In this document: piece after piece, positions 52,656-64,000 of the stretch
Layout: each line of letters opens with the position of its first letter
Position numbering within the stretch: position 1 is the stretch's first letter
Origin: Eledone cirrhosa
Lineage: Eukaryota
Assembly: GCA_964016885.1 (NCBI GenBank)
Contig: OZ024742.1
Location: 353,524,001-353,588,000, forward strand
Direction: 5' to 3'
Length of the DNA stretch: 64,000 nt
The notes under the pieces: model-generated
What the model was told of the DNA's origin: nothing
Seen by the model: only the letters and a program-made list of their open reading frames with translations
Databases searched by the model: none
Translations under genes and position numbers: made by a program

Positions 52656-54589
52656 AACTGATAATTTGGTTACGCTAATGTTTTTCTCTGCGTTGCAGTG
52701 TTTACATTTTCGATCTTTGTTAATAAATAACCAGTGCAGTTTCTATCCCCAGCATCCTCTTTTGTTATAACATTCGGGTTATCGTTATGTTTTCTTAACT
52801 TCATAAGGCATATTGTTGGTTGAGGGAATATTAATCAAAAACACCACATGCAAGTCTGCACAGTAGACACTACAGTTTTTAAGCCAAGAAAGAAACTTAA
52901 CATTGTAACTTTAACACAGCTACTGAGCGATTCCGAGCAACGCCGGGCTTTACTGCTAGTGAACAATAAAACTGAGTTATATCCCACGAAACTTACTTTA
53001 TGACACTCAATGGAGCCTTCCTAACTTAAACGTTAACCGAAAAGATGTACTGCAATAAATGAGAACAATTATATCATAAGCTGGTTTATGGGGATTATAA
53101 TAAATAATGTTTATATTAACAGGAACTATAATTTGCATGTACGTTTATATAGCGACATTAAAAACAATTACTACATAGCTAGTCTGTAATAAACTAAAAT
53201 TGATTTCAACAGAGACGTTGTAGATAACGCGATTTACAGGAAACTGTGCTTGATGAGTGATTGTAGTGAACGTGTTTTTTTAAGGTAATCCAAACGTAGA
53301 TTTAGCAGGATTCAATGAATAATGAGACAAACCCTTTCAAATACCGAGTCAACTAAACATGTTTTCCATTCGCATGGACTACAGTAACGTGAAATAAAGG
53401 CCCATGCTCAATGACATATTTCAATGAGCACAATGCTTGTCATGGCCTTGTTAATGCTTAGTAGTCGAGAGAGAAAGATAAACAGAGAGAAAGATTGATA
53501 GAGAGAAATAGATAGAGAGAAATAGAGAGGAGAGAGTTGGAGAACATTAGATAGAGAGAGACGCGAAGGGAGAGAGGGGAGAGAGAGATACATATTGAAC
53601 CATATATGCATACAGCGTCTTTCCCTAAAACTAAGAAAAGTAACGTCTCATACGTCAATATAATGGATGTGAATATATTTAAAATCGTCTGTTAAATTAG
53701 ATAAGGCATGTCATATTCATCTATTACATACCGGTAAATGGAACTTGTTTATATAACATTTTATTAGATATAGGCCTGAAATCGTTTATGTAATTTGACC
53801 ATCACCTATTATACAGATTATTTCCGAACTGAATAACCAATAATCCCTGACAGATTGTCTTATATTTCCTTAAAATGAAATGAGTGGCATTTGATGATTG
53901 TGTCAATCATGGTAGCTCCTTCTCTGAGACATTCTAATAAATTGATCACATTAAGTCTATTTCGTTTTTAATAATATAAGTCAATTCTTGCGATCACGGC
54001 TATGATTCACATTCTTATCAATTAGATGACTTATTATCTCTCGTGGTAATGTGTGCTACCCTGACAGAAATAAAGCCAGCAAAATGATGTCTTTTTTTCT
54101 GAAACTACAGGTGTATAGACCAATATTTGCACCAACCTTTATCCGAATATTCTGTCTTTGCATAGTAGTTGGTTTTAATCTAATTTACTAAGGAAGGAGC
54201 TGATACGTTGCCATGCAAATTTAGGCAGATTATCCTAAACAATCATATAGCACCTTAAAATAAAGTTATCGTACAAATTATACAAGAGAGACAGGCTTAT
54301 ATAATATCTCGTATTCCAACCAGAAATAACCTTTGTAATCCCAAATGTTATAGATTCAATAATATAAACATATATATTTCTTCCTCTTCACTTACATATA
54401 CAGGAACATACATCTAATGTGAAATATGTATGTGTTACATAAACACTTAATTAATAAGTCTATGTTTTAAACGCAATTTCTTTATGAGTAATGCTATTTT
54501 AAATTTATATATTAAGTAATGGGAAAATGGGGATTGGGTAAGGAATATCAGATATGGCGGTATGGGAAAGTATAAGAAAGCACTGTAGA

Positions 54590-55352
54590 AGATCACGCCA
54601 CCTAGCTTTGACTTTGGAGGCAGTCGATTAACTGCTCTTAGTTCTGACGCCACGTTGTGACGTCAGTAGCTGAATAAACTCTCTCTTCGACTTTTGTCTC
54701 TAAAGGCGAACAGACGCGTTTCACGGTGGCGAAATAGCGATAGCACACCGTGCGGTCACGGGATAATTGAAGACCGCCAATTAATCATAATTACGAATTA
54801 CCAACCTAGGAACAACTGATATGATAACCTGTTTTGTTAATTGCTCTAATTAAAATGCGCATGTACATATAATCTCGAGGTATGTTCTTTTTTGCTTGAT
54901 TGTGTACCTACACCTAACAACAAATAGTAGACATGTTCTACCAGCCAAGCTAGGGAAACGAACTCCCCTCTAAATCATAAAAATAACGCAGCCTTCTAAA
55001 AGGGTGACCATCTCTCTTAAAATGTTGTTAGGTGTAGGTACACAATCAAGCAAAAAAGAACATACCTCGAGAGTATATGTACGTGAGCATTTTAATTAGA
55101 GCAATTAACAAAACAGGTTATCATATCAGTTGTTCCTAGGTTGGTAATTCGTAATTATCATTGATTGTCGGTCTTCAATTATCCCGTGATCGCATGGTGT
55201 GCTATCGCCGTTTCGCCACCGTGAAACGCGCCTGTTCGCCTCTAGAGACAAAAGTCGAAGAGAGTTTATTCAGCTACTGACGCCAGAACATGACGTCAGA
55301 ACTAAGGGCAGTTAATCGACTGCCTCCAAAGCCAGGTGGCGTGATCTTCTAC
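54590..55352. repeat. Fold-back element, ~330-bp inverted arms with ~100-bp spacer
   Basis: ~54585-54921 is the reverse complement of ~55024-55352. Confidence 0.9.
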
Positions 55353-56099
55353 AGGACTATGAAAATCATAGAGGAAAGGAAAACGGGGAAAGAAAGGAAG
55401 GACTCTACGGCCACAAAAGAAATGGTGGGTGAATTGGGAGTTTGTGGCCACTAGGTTTAAGGCACACTGGTGTTAGGGCTGCACGAGGTACACAAGAGCG
55501 TAAAACCATTCCTGCGGGCAATGGCCAGCGAAACCCATAGAACAACTACACCTCCTGGCGGGGCTTCTTCCTCAGACGGGCTGCTGACAATTATTTCAGA
55601 CATAAGTCTTATAGAATAGCCATATTTTCAATCTCTACATCAACATTAAAAATGAAACTGCGAAGACATTAGGAAAGAACAACTTCAATAAATTATTTCC
55701 TCCTCATATTGTAGTTAGGTGGAATAATACAGTTCACAGCTAAAGTAATCGTTCACTAACGTAAATATGTATTAAATCAAAACATCTCACTAGTTCATGA
55801 AATTAACACATAATAATATCTCCGCATTTAACTTGCAGCCATGCCAGTCACGAAAGAACTCCCTCTATAGGGAAATTATATTGCAATCCAAAGGTGAAAT
55901 GCACGATGATTATATTATACTTCAGATTATGTTAGAAATTATTTCTTGATTGTCTCTAACGAAATTACTAATTATATGGTTCTAAGCTATGTCTGTGTTG
56001 CAATTGAAACTGCACGTAAACTACGTACGTAAGTACTGAGGCATACACACACACACGTGCATATATATATATACATACGGCTCTCTCTCTCTCGCTATA

Positions 56100-56141
<42 letters not shown>

Positions 56142-56149
56142 AAAGATTA

Positions 56150-56425
56150 AAGTCTGCCTAAAGCCCGACGGCTCATTTGGCCGGTGTTTATCCCGGTTTC
56201 ATGGCGTGAAGCGACTGAGAGTACAATACTCCCCCCTCGACAGGACGCCAGTTCATCGCAGGGTTAAACCTCCACCTATTGCTGGTACTCATTTTCAGCT
56301 GAGTATAATGGAGCAACGTGAAATGAAGTGTTTAGCTCAAGAACTCGACACGCAACCCATCATGAATCGAGCACACGGCATTATGATCGTAAGTCCAACA
56401 ACCTTACCACTAGGCGACGTGCCTC

Positions 56426-56428
<3 letters not shown>
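56150..56428 (-). mobile_element. tRNA-derived SINE with Nin/Deu-like central domain
   Basis: Minus strand begins TGGAGGCACGTCGCCTAGTGGTAAGG (A-box-like). The central GCTGGTACTCATTTT...GTGAAATGAAGTGTTTAGCTCAAGAAC resembles the widely conserved invertebrate SINE domain. Confidence 0.65.
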
Positions 56429-56470
<42 letters not shown>

Positions 56471-56506
56471 TATGTGTATGCATATATATATATATATTTA
56501 TATATG

Positions 56507-56545
<39 letters not shown>

Positions 56546-56567
56546 CCATTCCTTACTTTTATATATA

Positions 56568-56642
<75 letters not shown>

Positions 56643-56652
56643 TATACTGTAC

Positions 56653-56770
<118 letters not shown>

Positions 56771-56802
56771 AGATCAAAAGATGGTTAAAGGAGTTCCATG
56801 TA

Positions 56803-56869
56803 TTTTATTATGCGCATTTCAAAAACAAACATCATCATGCAATAATATTTGTGTTTTCATCAGATAAAA
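56803..56869 (-). ncRNA. Intact type I hammerhead ribozyme in pLTR
   Basis: UUUUAU-CUGAUGA-AAACACAAAUAUUAU...AUGAUGUUUGUUUUU-GAAAU-GCGC-AUA-AUAAAA. All core nucleotides are present and stem III is the palindrome AUGCGCAU. Confidence 0.85.
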
Positions 56870-59464
56870 CAGGAGAACATGATATGAAGGCTAAAAAACA
56901 CTTGTGGATAGTGCAGTTTTAAATCAACATATGAAAAGTAGTTTTAGATTGATGTGTGATATTGGGAAAAATATTTTATTTAGAGAGGGGTGGTGGAGAG
57001 GATGAAAAATGGGGAGGAGATGAGAGTGAAGTTGGAGAGGGAGAGATGGGTGATAGAGAGAAAGAGATAGTTTTTATAACTGAGAGAAGATATATTGTTT
57101 TACATAGAGAGGTTGAAAACCGTTGGAAGATAATGTATAAATTAAAAGAATTTGAAAATTAACGAAGGGAAAAATATGTACGAGGAAAAAATATTTTATT
57201 TAGAGAGGGGGGTGGAAAGGATGAAAAAAGGGGAGGAGATGAGAGTGAAGGTGGAGAGGGAGTGATGGGTGATAGAGAGAAAGAGGTAGTTTTTATAACT
57301 GAGAAAAGATATATTGTTTTACATAGAGAGGTTGAGAACCGTTGGAAGATAATGTATAAATTAAAAGAATTTGAAAATTAACGAAGGGAAAAAATATGTA
57401 CGAGGAAAGAGAGGGAGTTGATATGTATTGAGATTAAAAAGTTTGAAGATAGAGAGAAAAAAAAAATAATAATTGCGGATGAATATTCTAACGTCAAAAA
57501 GGTGTATGTTTATAAGTATTATGGCAATTTCAAAATTAATGAAGAGAACAAATTATTAAGGTTTGTGTGTTGAAGGATTTGAGAAAAATAATGTGAAGTT
57601 AAAGTTTGTATATTGAAGGAATTGATAATATGTGCGAAGAAAGAGTTAATATGTATTAAAAAAGTATTAAGGTTTGTGTATTAGATGATTTGAGAAAAAT
57701 AATGTGAAGTTAAGGTTTGTATATTGAAGGAATTGATAATATGTGCGAAGAAAGAGTTAATATGTATTAAGAATGAGTTATGTGATGGGGAGAAAAAATA
57801 ATAATAAATTAAGGATGAATATTCTAGCATCAAAAGAAGAAGAGGGAGTTAATGATTATTCTAGCGTCAAAAGAAGGAGAGGGAGATTAAAAAGTTTGAT
57901 GATGGAGAGAAAAAAATAATAATTGCGGATGAATATTCTAACGTCAAAAAAACAAATGTATATGTTATGAAGGATTTTACAAGGTGAAGATAGAATGAGG
58001 GTAATGAGTAAACAAGTATTATAGATTGTATAATGCCCTTTGAAGTAAGGTAGGAAGATGGGTATAATTTAAAGAGGTGTATGTATATGTGCCTTTGAGA
58101 AAAGATTCTAAATTGATATAGGAATTGAATATTAGCTGTATACTTTGTGAAAAGTCCTATGGAATTTATGCAGGCAGATAGAAAACAAATCTGTACGTCT
58201 ATTTATTATAGAATCTAGATTAGAGATAATGGTAAATTTTTCATTTAGGCAGAAATTACAGATTTTAGATAGAGAGCTGTTCAAGTATGAGGACGCAGAA
58301 GAAACCTTCTTCCAAAAGATGGTATATTTAATGTTTTTGTCTTTCAAGGACCATATGAGTTCTGAGAGAGCCGTGTTGGTTCGTTTAAGTTTGTATTTAA
58401 AAGATGAATGATGATTATAGTGACGAGCTTTAAAAGAGGTGGAAGTGGAGCCAAAATAGGTGAAGGAATTGGTGCTAGTTATAACTTTACATTCATAAAT
58501 TAAGTTTTTATCAAGACAATGGTTGTTGAGAGGACATTTATTTTTAATGCGGCAGTTGCAATTAGAGAGATTATTAATGAGTGACCTAGTGTTATCTATA
58601 GAAGGAATTGGATTGGAGAAGTTGTTTGCGATAGGAATAATAGGAATAATAGTTTCTTGATTTAGAGTTGGATTATGAACATTTAGCGAAGTTGTGTTTG
58701 ACGTTGTATTTGGGTTTACAAAAGTTAGCCTAGGGTTTACAATGACGTCGGGAGTACTATTACTGTTATTATGAAATTCAATGTTGGAAGGAAGAGATTT
58801 AGTATTTAGTATTTTATTGTTGTGTTTAGAGATAATGTTGGAAATATTGGAGGATGTAGAATAAGAACATTTGATGGTGTGTTTGTTAAATATTTTACTA
58901 TAGATATGTGAGGGAGGGAAGCATTTATTTAAGGCACTAAAAAATAATTTAGGAATATTGTTATTAATAGAGATGGAGAAAGGAGCATTATACCAGATTA
59001 TGTTTTTGTATCTAGGTCTTTTATTAAAGTTATTGGAATGATCATGATTAATTATTCTACTGTAAGTTTTTCTAGAATTTGTTTCTTTACTATATTTGAT
59101 TTTATCTGGATAACCGGCTTTAGAAAGTGCGTTATTATAGTAATTGGCGTTAGCATATTTTTTTCCCTTCGTTAATTTTCAAATTCTTTTAATTCATACA
59201 TTATCTTCCAACGGTTTTCAACCTCTCTATGTAAAACAATATATCTTCTCTCAGTTATAAAAACTATCGCTTTCTCTCTATCACCCATCTCTCCCTATCC
59301 ACCTTCACTCTCATCTCCTCCCCTTTTTTCATCCTCTCCACCCCCCCTCCCTAAATAAAATATTTTTCCCAATATCACACATCAATCTAAAACTACTTTT
59401 CATATGTTGATTTAAAACTGCACTATCCACAAGTGTTTTTTAGCCTTCATATCATGTTCTCCTG

Positions 59465-59531
59465 TTTTATCTGATGAAAACACAAATATTTTTGCATGAT
59501 GATGTTTGTTTTTGAAATGCGCATAATAAAA
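59465..59531 (+). ncRNA. Intact type I hammerhead ribozyme in inverted pLTR
   Basis: Near-identical inverted copy of 56803-56869. Confidence 0.85.
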
Positions 59532-59684
59532 TACATGGAACTCCTTTAACCATCTTTTGATCTTATATATTATGTATACTCCAGTCCTACAAAATGTAGA
59601 GTGCTTCTTATCCGATATCTGCATTGCTTTATTGTACTACAATAAAACTCACCTCCTACATTATATAAATATATATATATACTG

Positions 59685-59716
<32 letters not shown>

Positions 59717-59726
59717 TATACTGTAC

Positions 59727-59844
<118 letters not shown>

Positions 59845-60302
59845 TTTTTTTTTCTTTAGTAAGTAAGTTAATTTTTAACTTTTAACATTTTCTGATTTTA
59901 CGTCTTTCATATAATTGTTCTGCATTCACGTGCATAGAAACACATAGGTACTAAGATATAACTTATAGATTTGCTAGCATGAGTATACATCTGTACACAT
60001 ATGTTGGTAGATGTACTAATTCTCTATATTTATCTCCAAATTATTTCTTGAGCAAAACTGGCCAAAATTTACTGCCGTTTCATGGTAGTAGCAGGCTGTT
60101 GTCATAATACCAACCCGCTCCTAACTGATTAACCTCGGTGTCACGTGATTGATTCTTTAGAATCTGCCACTGACCAGAGGCAGAAAACATGTTTCAGTGC
60201 TCCGGAATTTAGTCCACGCTAGCTTCTTTCCATCTACTGAATTATTATTTTTATATGGGTTCCTAGTGTCAGCGCATTGCCTTGGAACTTAGCTGAGAAT
60301 AG

Positions 60303-60388
60303 ACTCCCTGATGACGTAATGAATTCTCTATGGTTATATATATTATGTAACTATATTTATCCCATTACAGAAACTAATTAATTGGAGT
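60303..60388 (+). ncRNA. Hammerhead with ~55-nt stem II region
   Basis: ACUCC-CUGAUGA-C-GUAAUG...CAUUAC-A-GAAAC-UAAUUA-AUU-GGAGU; same family as 24936/25715. Confidence 0.7.
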
Positions 60389-60950
60389 GAAAATTTTCGT
60401 AAGTAAGTTAATTTTAATTTTTTAAAATTTTCTTATTTTACGTCTTTCATATATATATATAGACCAACACTGGGGGGAACTAAAAGGACGACAAAACGGG
60501 TCAGTACTGTACGAACATGCTAGACAACAACATGACGGTAACATAGACAACAGAGACATTAGAATAATATCTAAGCATAGAAATGACCCAGCAGATAGGC
60601 AAATCAGAGAGGCCAGTGAAATAGAAATTAGAAGACCAAAGCTAAACAGAAAGAATGAATGGAATAACAACAACACCCAAACAAACAACACTGACCTAAG
60701 AGAAGTATAAATAAGTAAATAAAATAAGATAAATAAATAAATAAATAAATACATAAACAAGCACAATAACAACAAGCACATAACACACACACTAGTCACC
60801 ATCACACAACAAACATAACACTATATACACACGCAAGCGCATGCGCAAAGAAAACAAAATAAAATAAACAAACAAGCAAATAAATAAATATATAGACAGA
60901 CTGAATAAAAATGGCGTAGACATACAACACAACAGGAGGAAAATATAACA

Positions 60951-60990
60951 CCACTGACGATGTTGCAGATGTGCAACGAAAGATTTATGA
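60951..60990 (+). ncRNA. Minimal hammerhead, near-intact
   Basis: CCA-CUGACGA-U-GUUGCA-GAUG-UGCAAC-GAAAG-AU-UUA-UGA, with a perfect 6-bp stem II. Confidence 0.65.
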
Positions 60991-61546
60991 TAAACTATAT
61001 ATATGTGTTTGTGTCTATATTGTATATGTATTATTTTTTGACCGTCGGTCAGTCAGTGGCAACATTGAGGACGGAGTAAGCTAGATTACCGATATAAAAG
61101 ACACAGAAGCGAGAAGCGAAAACCAACCAAACAGTGAGTGTGTTCTGTTATTAATTCTGGCAATATTACACAAATATGACCCTCCCCAAGTATAACAATA
61201 TATATATATATATCATCATCATCATCAACGTTTAACGTCCGTGTTCCACGCTTGCATGGGTTTGGACGGGGGTAGTCCCACTTGAGGCAAGAGTGATTGT
61301 CTTGCTCGCATAGGACTGTCTGGCAGGTTTTCTACAGTTGGATGCCCTTCCTAACACCAACCACATTTACAGTGTGGGTCTGGGAGGTTTTTACCGTGTT
61401 GCCTACACGGCCACATTACAGCGTGGACTGTGTGTTTTTTTGTCGTGACACCTACACGATCTCATTTGTTTCGGCCTCGATGGCGCGGCACCAACACAAC
61501 CTCACATAGAACGGGGTGGTGTGGATATATATATATATACTGTATG

Positions 61547-61589
<43 letters not shown>

Positions 61590-61664
61590 TGTATGTATAT
61601 ATATAAATATATATATATATAGCGCTTTGTGGGTGTAGGTGGCGTGTGGGAAATTGTTTTTGGG

Positions 61665-62995
61665 TAGAGGGTCGGATACCATGACTTGCAGCATAGAGTA
61701 GTGGCCGTTTACGATGTGAGTTCAAATGCCACTGATGTTATATTTGCCTTTCATCCTTACGGATTCGATTAACTGAATCACCCGTAATGCACTGGCATAA
61801 TTGCTGGCCTTGTGCCAAAAGTAGAATCAATTATTTGATAATAATCATGCAGAACCCTGATAATGTACAACGTCTAAGATATATTTATAAATCATGCGTT
61901 TACAATTAATGTTTTAAGTTATAAAGCACACTGTTAATGTGCTAAATGTAATCATCTGTTTTCTCTTGGAACACAGACAAATATAACGCAACACTGATCT
62001 GCAAATCTTTTGCCGTTTTTGTCTACTGATCTATGTTTCAGACATATTTTTGAGTAATATAGAGCGGCAGAATTCGAAAAGGATAAAACTTTATTCTATG
62101 ACGTCAGGGACCCGCACGAATATGTAAACCATGTGTCGAAAATTATAATGCAATGAAATTACACGCAGCACGTCTGTGGATATACATGTTTGTCTGAAAT
62201 AAGTATCGCATTTATTATGACGCAGCAGAGTACATGCATTCGTAGTAGGTAGTTCATTTCATCGTCACCGAAAGACAAAGAATATATGAACTCAGAATAT
62301 AAAGAGCCGGAACAAATGTCACAAAACACTCTGTTCCTAACTAACTATTCTGCCAATCTACCGCTCTGACCATGCTTTGAGGCATAGAGTTATGTCCCTT
62401 TATGATCTGATTTCAAATCCCGCCGGGATTAACTTTGCCTGTCATCCTTACGGTGTCGATAAAATACAGTACCAGTAATGTACTGGATAATTGCTGGCCT
62501 TGTGCCTAAAATATAAACAATTATTTAATAAAGGCAGTGGATTGGCAGTATCGGTAGAGGGTCAGACGCCATGCTTTACAGCGAAGAGTTATGGCCCTTT
62601 ATGGTCTGAGTTCAAATCCAGCTGAGGTTAACTTTGCCTTTCATCCTTACGTGGTCGATAAAATAAAGTACCAGTAATGCACTGGGTAATTGCTGGCCTT
62701 GTGCCAAATGTAGAAACAATTATTTAATAATTGTTTCTACTTTTGACACAAGGCCAGCAATTATCCCAGTGCATCACTAGTACTTTATTTTATCGACCCC
62801 GTAAGGATGAAAGGCAAAGTTAACCTCAGCTGGATTTGAATTATTTAATAATTGTTTCTACTATTGGCACAAGGCCAGCAATTAACCGGTACATTACTGG
62901 TACTTTATTTTATCGACCCCGTATGGATGGAAGGCAAAGTTAACATCGGCGGGATTTGAACTCAGAATGTCAAAGGCCGTAACTCTATGCGTCAT
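61665..62995. mobile_element. SINE cluster including tail-to-tail inverted copies
   Basis: + copies at ~61665-61835, 62365-62530 and 62535-62728; - copies at ~62728-62842 and 62850-62995. Confidence 0.85.
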
Positions 62996-64000
62996 AGGAC
63001 CCTATCACGGTTGTCCCTTCCTTAACTCTCAGCTTCAATGTTACAATCTATAACACTTCACAGCAATAATCATTCCCAATATTATTCAACAACGAAAGAA
63101 AACAGCTCAAAAGAATGCAAATTCTTAAACACCAATATTCTGAATTAAGAAAAAAATAAGTATATCGCACAATACTATATATAATGATCACGTCTCAGAT
63201 CGTGCAGCCGCAGTCTCTTCTATGCAGCACATGTTTTTTGTAGAAAGTATGTGTAGTTTATTTATTATTTTTTTTTTTTTCGTTGGAGCTGTTTAAATAC
63301 TCTTTTTACAGGAGCAGATGGACCAGTGTTTCGAAATGTAAACATATATATGCTGAGTATGTGGCTTATTGAAATATAAATAAACATTAATCAATATACA
63401 TCTAAACAAAATAGAGAAACTGCAGGAATATAAATTTAATTTGATAGAAGAATATAAATTTAGGCGTAGAGCAGAAATTATACAAACACATACTCAATAC
63501 AAACAACAGAAATTGAAAATTCCTTTCTGCCTTCAGGGAAGCTAACAATTATCACAGAGAGACTGACGTGACACACTGTTAAGGGGGAAGAAGAACAGCA
63601 GCCCTTGTATGAGAAAAAGACTTAGAATCAATGTAAAGCTGTAGTAGCAGAAACAAATAAACATCTATACATATTAAATGTATTGTGAGGTGGGGAAATC
63701 TGCAATAACGCATTATACCACTAAATATTGTTGGGTTACCACCAAAGGCTGAAATATTCTTGAATGCATTACAAGGACAATGTCTTTCAAATTAACATTC
63801 ATATAAGCGCATTTCGTGTAAAATATTGAACAAGATCTACGAAAGTAAAAATTCGAAAAAAAGAAAATACCTCCATAAGGGGAAACTATGAGGGTCATTC
63901 GAGGAAACCACTAACAACACGCCTCTTTCAACTGCCCCCTCACATTTGATCTCCAATCAACTGGTGCATGTTCAGAGCAGGACCATCCATTCGGGCTATG

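Larger units (their letters stand above)
50539..52959 (+). mobile_element. Tandem Helitron-like non-autonomous elements
   Basis: 5' ends TC(TC)TATATATA..AACTGTGGTTGTCTGTCTGTC at 50539 and 52010. 3' ends with hairpin CCGAGCAACGCCGGG followed by CTAG|T at 52003-52006 and 52956-52959. About 400 bp of body is shared. Confidence 0.7.

Noticed and set aside
54711-54762. GAAAC-GC-GUC with ACGGUG/CACCGU stem in the fold-back arms
   Set aside because: The CUGANGA core is not recognisable and stem I is unpaired; possibly a dead HHR but not supportable.
63713-64000. Possible minus-strand exon at the window end
   Set aside because: All three frames hit stops before the putative donor, and no homology is recognised.

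Overview
AT-rich eukaryotic (animal) DNA, most likely an octopod cephalopod. That assignment is an inference from a characteristic ~190-bp tRNA-type SINE family plus very dense (TA)n/(CA)n/(GA)n microsatellites. No intact protein-coding gene can be supported, and most of the ORF track is microsatellite artefact. The window is dominated by retroelement remnants: at least five Penelope-like elements (PLE; RT and/or GIY-YIG fragments), several with the classic inverted pLTR, plus RTE- and R4/Dong-like LINE fragments, SINE clusters, Helitron-type non-autonomous repeats and a 91-93 bp satellite. Reading the non-coding repeats by hand gives about 22 type-I hammerhead ribozyme (HHR) motifs from about 14 distinct repeat families, nearly all in elements abutting (TA)n arrays. 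Several have intact cores and palindromic minimal stem III, and about six families carry greatly enlarged (50-95 nt) stem-II regions. One non-coding element (4318-5362) has two HHRs in direct repeats 741 nt apart, i.e. a retrozyme-like unit that could yield a circular RNA. A few possible + strand exons of a host gene or pseudogene are noted at low confidence. All structures were paired by eye and boundaries are approximate.
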